A stretch of 64,000 bases of DNA from NCBI GenBank assembly GCA_022394755.1, contig JAGFCA010000005.1, positions 94,313-158,312 of the forward strand. Reading direction: 5' to 3'. Of this stretch, positions 62,191-64,000 are shown piece by piece. Within the stretch, counting starts at the first letter, position 1. Each line of letters starts with the position of its first letter. This DNA is from Candidatus Poribacteria bacterium. Lineage in GTDB: Bacteria > Poribacteria > WGA-4E > WGA-3G. Position numbers and translations under genes: made by a program. The notes under the pieces are model-generated. The model saw nothing but the letters and a program-made list of their open reading frames with translations. It searched no databases and was not told the origin of the DNA.

Positions 62191-62212
62191 AAAATATCCA
62201 GTAGAATTGAAT

Positions 62213-62238
62213 GCCACTCTTAACAGGGTGGCTTTTTC
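62213..62238. terminator. Hairpin plus T-tract between convergent genes
   Basis: gccac(tcttaacagg)gtggc followed by TTTTT. Confidence 0.4.
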
Positions 62239-62246
62239 TTTTCTGC

Positions 62247-64000
62247 CTATCGTTCCAAATCCCAAATCATAATCGTACCGTCCAAACTCCCACTCGCCAG
62301 TGTTCTACCATCATGACTGTATGCAAGAATCCGCGCAGGATGACCAAGGAGTTTATTCCTAACTGCAAATGTAAGATTATCTAATAATAGAATTACTCCA
62401 TTTGAAAGTCCAACTGCCAGACTGTTTTCGTCTAGACAAAGTACAAAAGTGTTGATTCTTGTGGAACGGAAACCTAAGTCCATCTGGTCTACAGCTTTAA
62501 TGTCGTTCGGTTTTTCTGATGTTGTTCCATCTAAGTGATTGCGAACAGTAGTTTTATATACGCTTGCATTGTTACTCTTTAGGACATTAATGGATTTAAT
62601 ACGCTTGTTGGTGTCAATATTCCATAGAGTAATTTCTTTCCTATTTCCTACAAAGAGTGTTTTTCCATCAGATGCAAAAGCGAGACTCTGTATTTCATGT
62701 ATATTTTCTTGTATATGAAATATTGTTTTGTTATTTCTTGTATTGCGTTTAATATCATGACCTTCAGGAACATTACTTTTTCCAAGGATAGCTTTCAATT
62801 TACGTTTCTTTACATCCCACAATCGGACAGTACTATCTGAACTGCCAGAAGCAAACGTACTTCCATCAGGACTTATAGCAACCGCTAAGACGTGATCTTT
62901 ATGTCTTTTCAATGTCGCCTTTGAATGACCAAATAGACCTCCATGCAAACTGTGAAAAAATGAGTCTCGCGCTTTCGTTTTTGCATTCCATAGACGGACT
63001 GTCCCATCAAGACTACCACTGATAAGTGTCTTCCCATCAGAACTAAATGCTATGCTATTAGGATGTTCGGGCCGAGAATTACCAAATGCTTTACCGTGTC
63101 CCTTTAAGGTGACTTGGTATTCACCCGTATTTGCATCCCATAACAACACTTCAGCTTTCCCCGCAGAACTCTGGATACTAATAGCCAAACTTGCAAGTTT
63201 ATTTCCGTCTGGAGAATACCTCACAGACCGAAGTTTGACTTGATGCGGATGTCCATGACCAGTAGTTTTAAGTTTACCATTTGAAGTATCCCAAACTCGT
63301 ACTAAGTAGTTATGTGCACTCACCAGATTCAAACCATCTGGACTAAAATCTAATGAAGTAATTCCTCTGTAATGGCCAGTAATAATATGTCGGAGTTCTG
63401 AATTCTCTAAATCTTCCGTATCTATTTCCCATAAATAGATTCCAGATTCCTTCTTGGTAAAATAGCATCTTGCGACAAGTGTTCTTCCATCTGGACTAAA
63501 TTGGAGGTTATATAACGATCCTTCAGCGATTAAGGTTTTAATCTTTTCACCAGTTTCAATATCCCAGAAGACGATTTCATCATGGCTCGAAACTACCAAT
63601 GTTACGCCATCTGGACTAAACGCAATTGATCCAACACGTTTTGTTGCATAATCAACTAACCTCGGTTTCCCACCGGTGAGATTAATCATTTTTACATACT
63701 TTGGATCACTAACGAATGAATCACTCGCTATTCTATTTGAAATGTTCCATAATTGAACTGTATAATTGTTATATCCCGCTGTAGCGATTGTCTTACCGTC
63801 AGGGGATACTTTCAATTTGTTAATTCTACCTTCAACACCAAACCTTGTTCTCAATATACCTGATGCAGTATTCCAAATACGCACCTCAGCAGAAGTGTAT
63901 CCAATAATATGTTCCCCATTTGGACCGAAGAAAATACGTTTAATTCCTTCGGTATCCTCTAATGTGGCAATAATTTCTCTTGTTTGGAAATTACACAACT
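62247..64000 (-). CDS. WD40-repeat beta-propeller protein (5' end beyond the window)
   Basis: More than a dozen WD40 units (…GH...V..V.FSPDG..LASGS.D.T...W…). The open frame continues to the window edge. Confidence 0.7.
   Translation of the reverse strand, partial: LCNFQTREIIATLEDTEGIKRIFFGPNGEHIIGYTSAEVRIWNTASGILRTRFGVEGRINKLKVSPDGKTIATAGYNNYTVQLWNISNRIASDSFVSDPKYVKMINLTGGKPRLVDYATKRVGSIAFSPDGVTLVVSSHDEIVFWDIETGEKIKTLIAEGSLYNLQFSPDGRTLVARCYFTKKESGIYLWEIDTEDLENSELRHIITGHYRGITSLDFSPDGLNLVSAHNYLVRVWDTSNGKLKTTGHGHPHQVKLRSVRYSPDGNKLASLAISIQSSAGKAEVLLWDANTGEYQVTLKGHGKAFGNSRPEHPNSIAFSSDGKTLISGSLDGTVRLWNAKTKARDSFFHSLHGGLFGHSKATLKRHKDHVLAVAISPDGSTFASGSSDSTVRLWDVKKRKLKAILGKSNVPEGHDIKRNTRNNKTIFHIQENIHEIQSLAFASDGKTLFVGNRKEITLWNIDTNKRIKSINVLKSNNASVYKTTVRNHLDGTTSEKPNDIKAVDQMDLGFRSTRINTFVLCLDENSLAVGLSNGVILLLDNLTFAVRNKLLGHPARILAYSHDGRTLASGSLDGTIMIWDLER

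Overview
AT-rich bacterial chromosomal segment, roughly 40% GC by eye, with a standard genetic code and tightly packed genes. Housekeeping blocks are recognisable: ffh-rpsP-KH-trmD-rplS-rnhB-yraN, guaB, cydAB, dsbD, and tRNA-Phe/tRNA-Thr behind a consensus promoter. Accessory content is interleaved with them. It includes three secreted PQQ-type beta-propellers and two TolB/PD40-like propeller paralogs. There is one intact sulfatase, plus a second sulfatase-like gene interrupted by two in-frame stop codons. Fe-ADH and ALDH genes are followed by a HemN-like radical SAM, a PaaK-like adenylating enzyme, a halogenase-like flavoprotein and a TAXI-TRAP binding protein. The segment also contains a PorX-like receiver-PglZ regulator, a UbiA prenyltransferase, a hybrid HicB-fold/RelE toxin-antitoxin pair, and an ECF sigma factor with a DUF4097 partner. 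A 6-repeat CRISPR array has no cas genes anywhere in the window. It is followed by about 2.7 kb of gene-poor decayed DNA with degenerate repeats and a truncated sigma-factor fragment. Further on lie an orphan MT-A70 adenine methyltransferase, a 919-aa protein of unknown function and a catalytically degenerate LDH/MDH-fold protein. All calls rest on reading the translations and the DNA by eye; no database searches were run.
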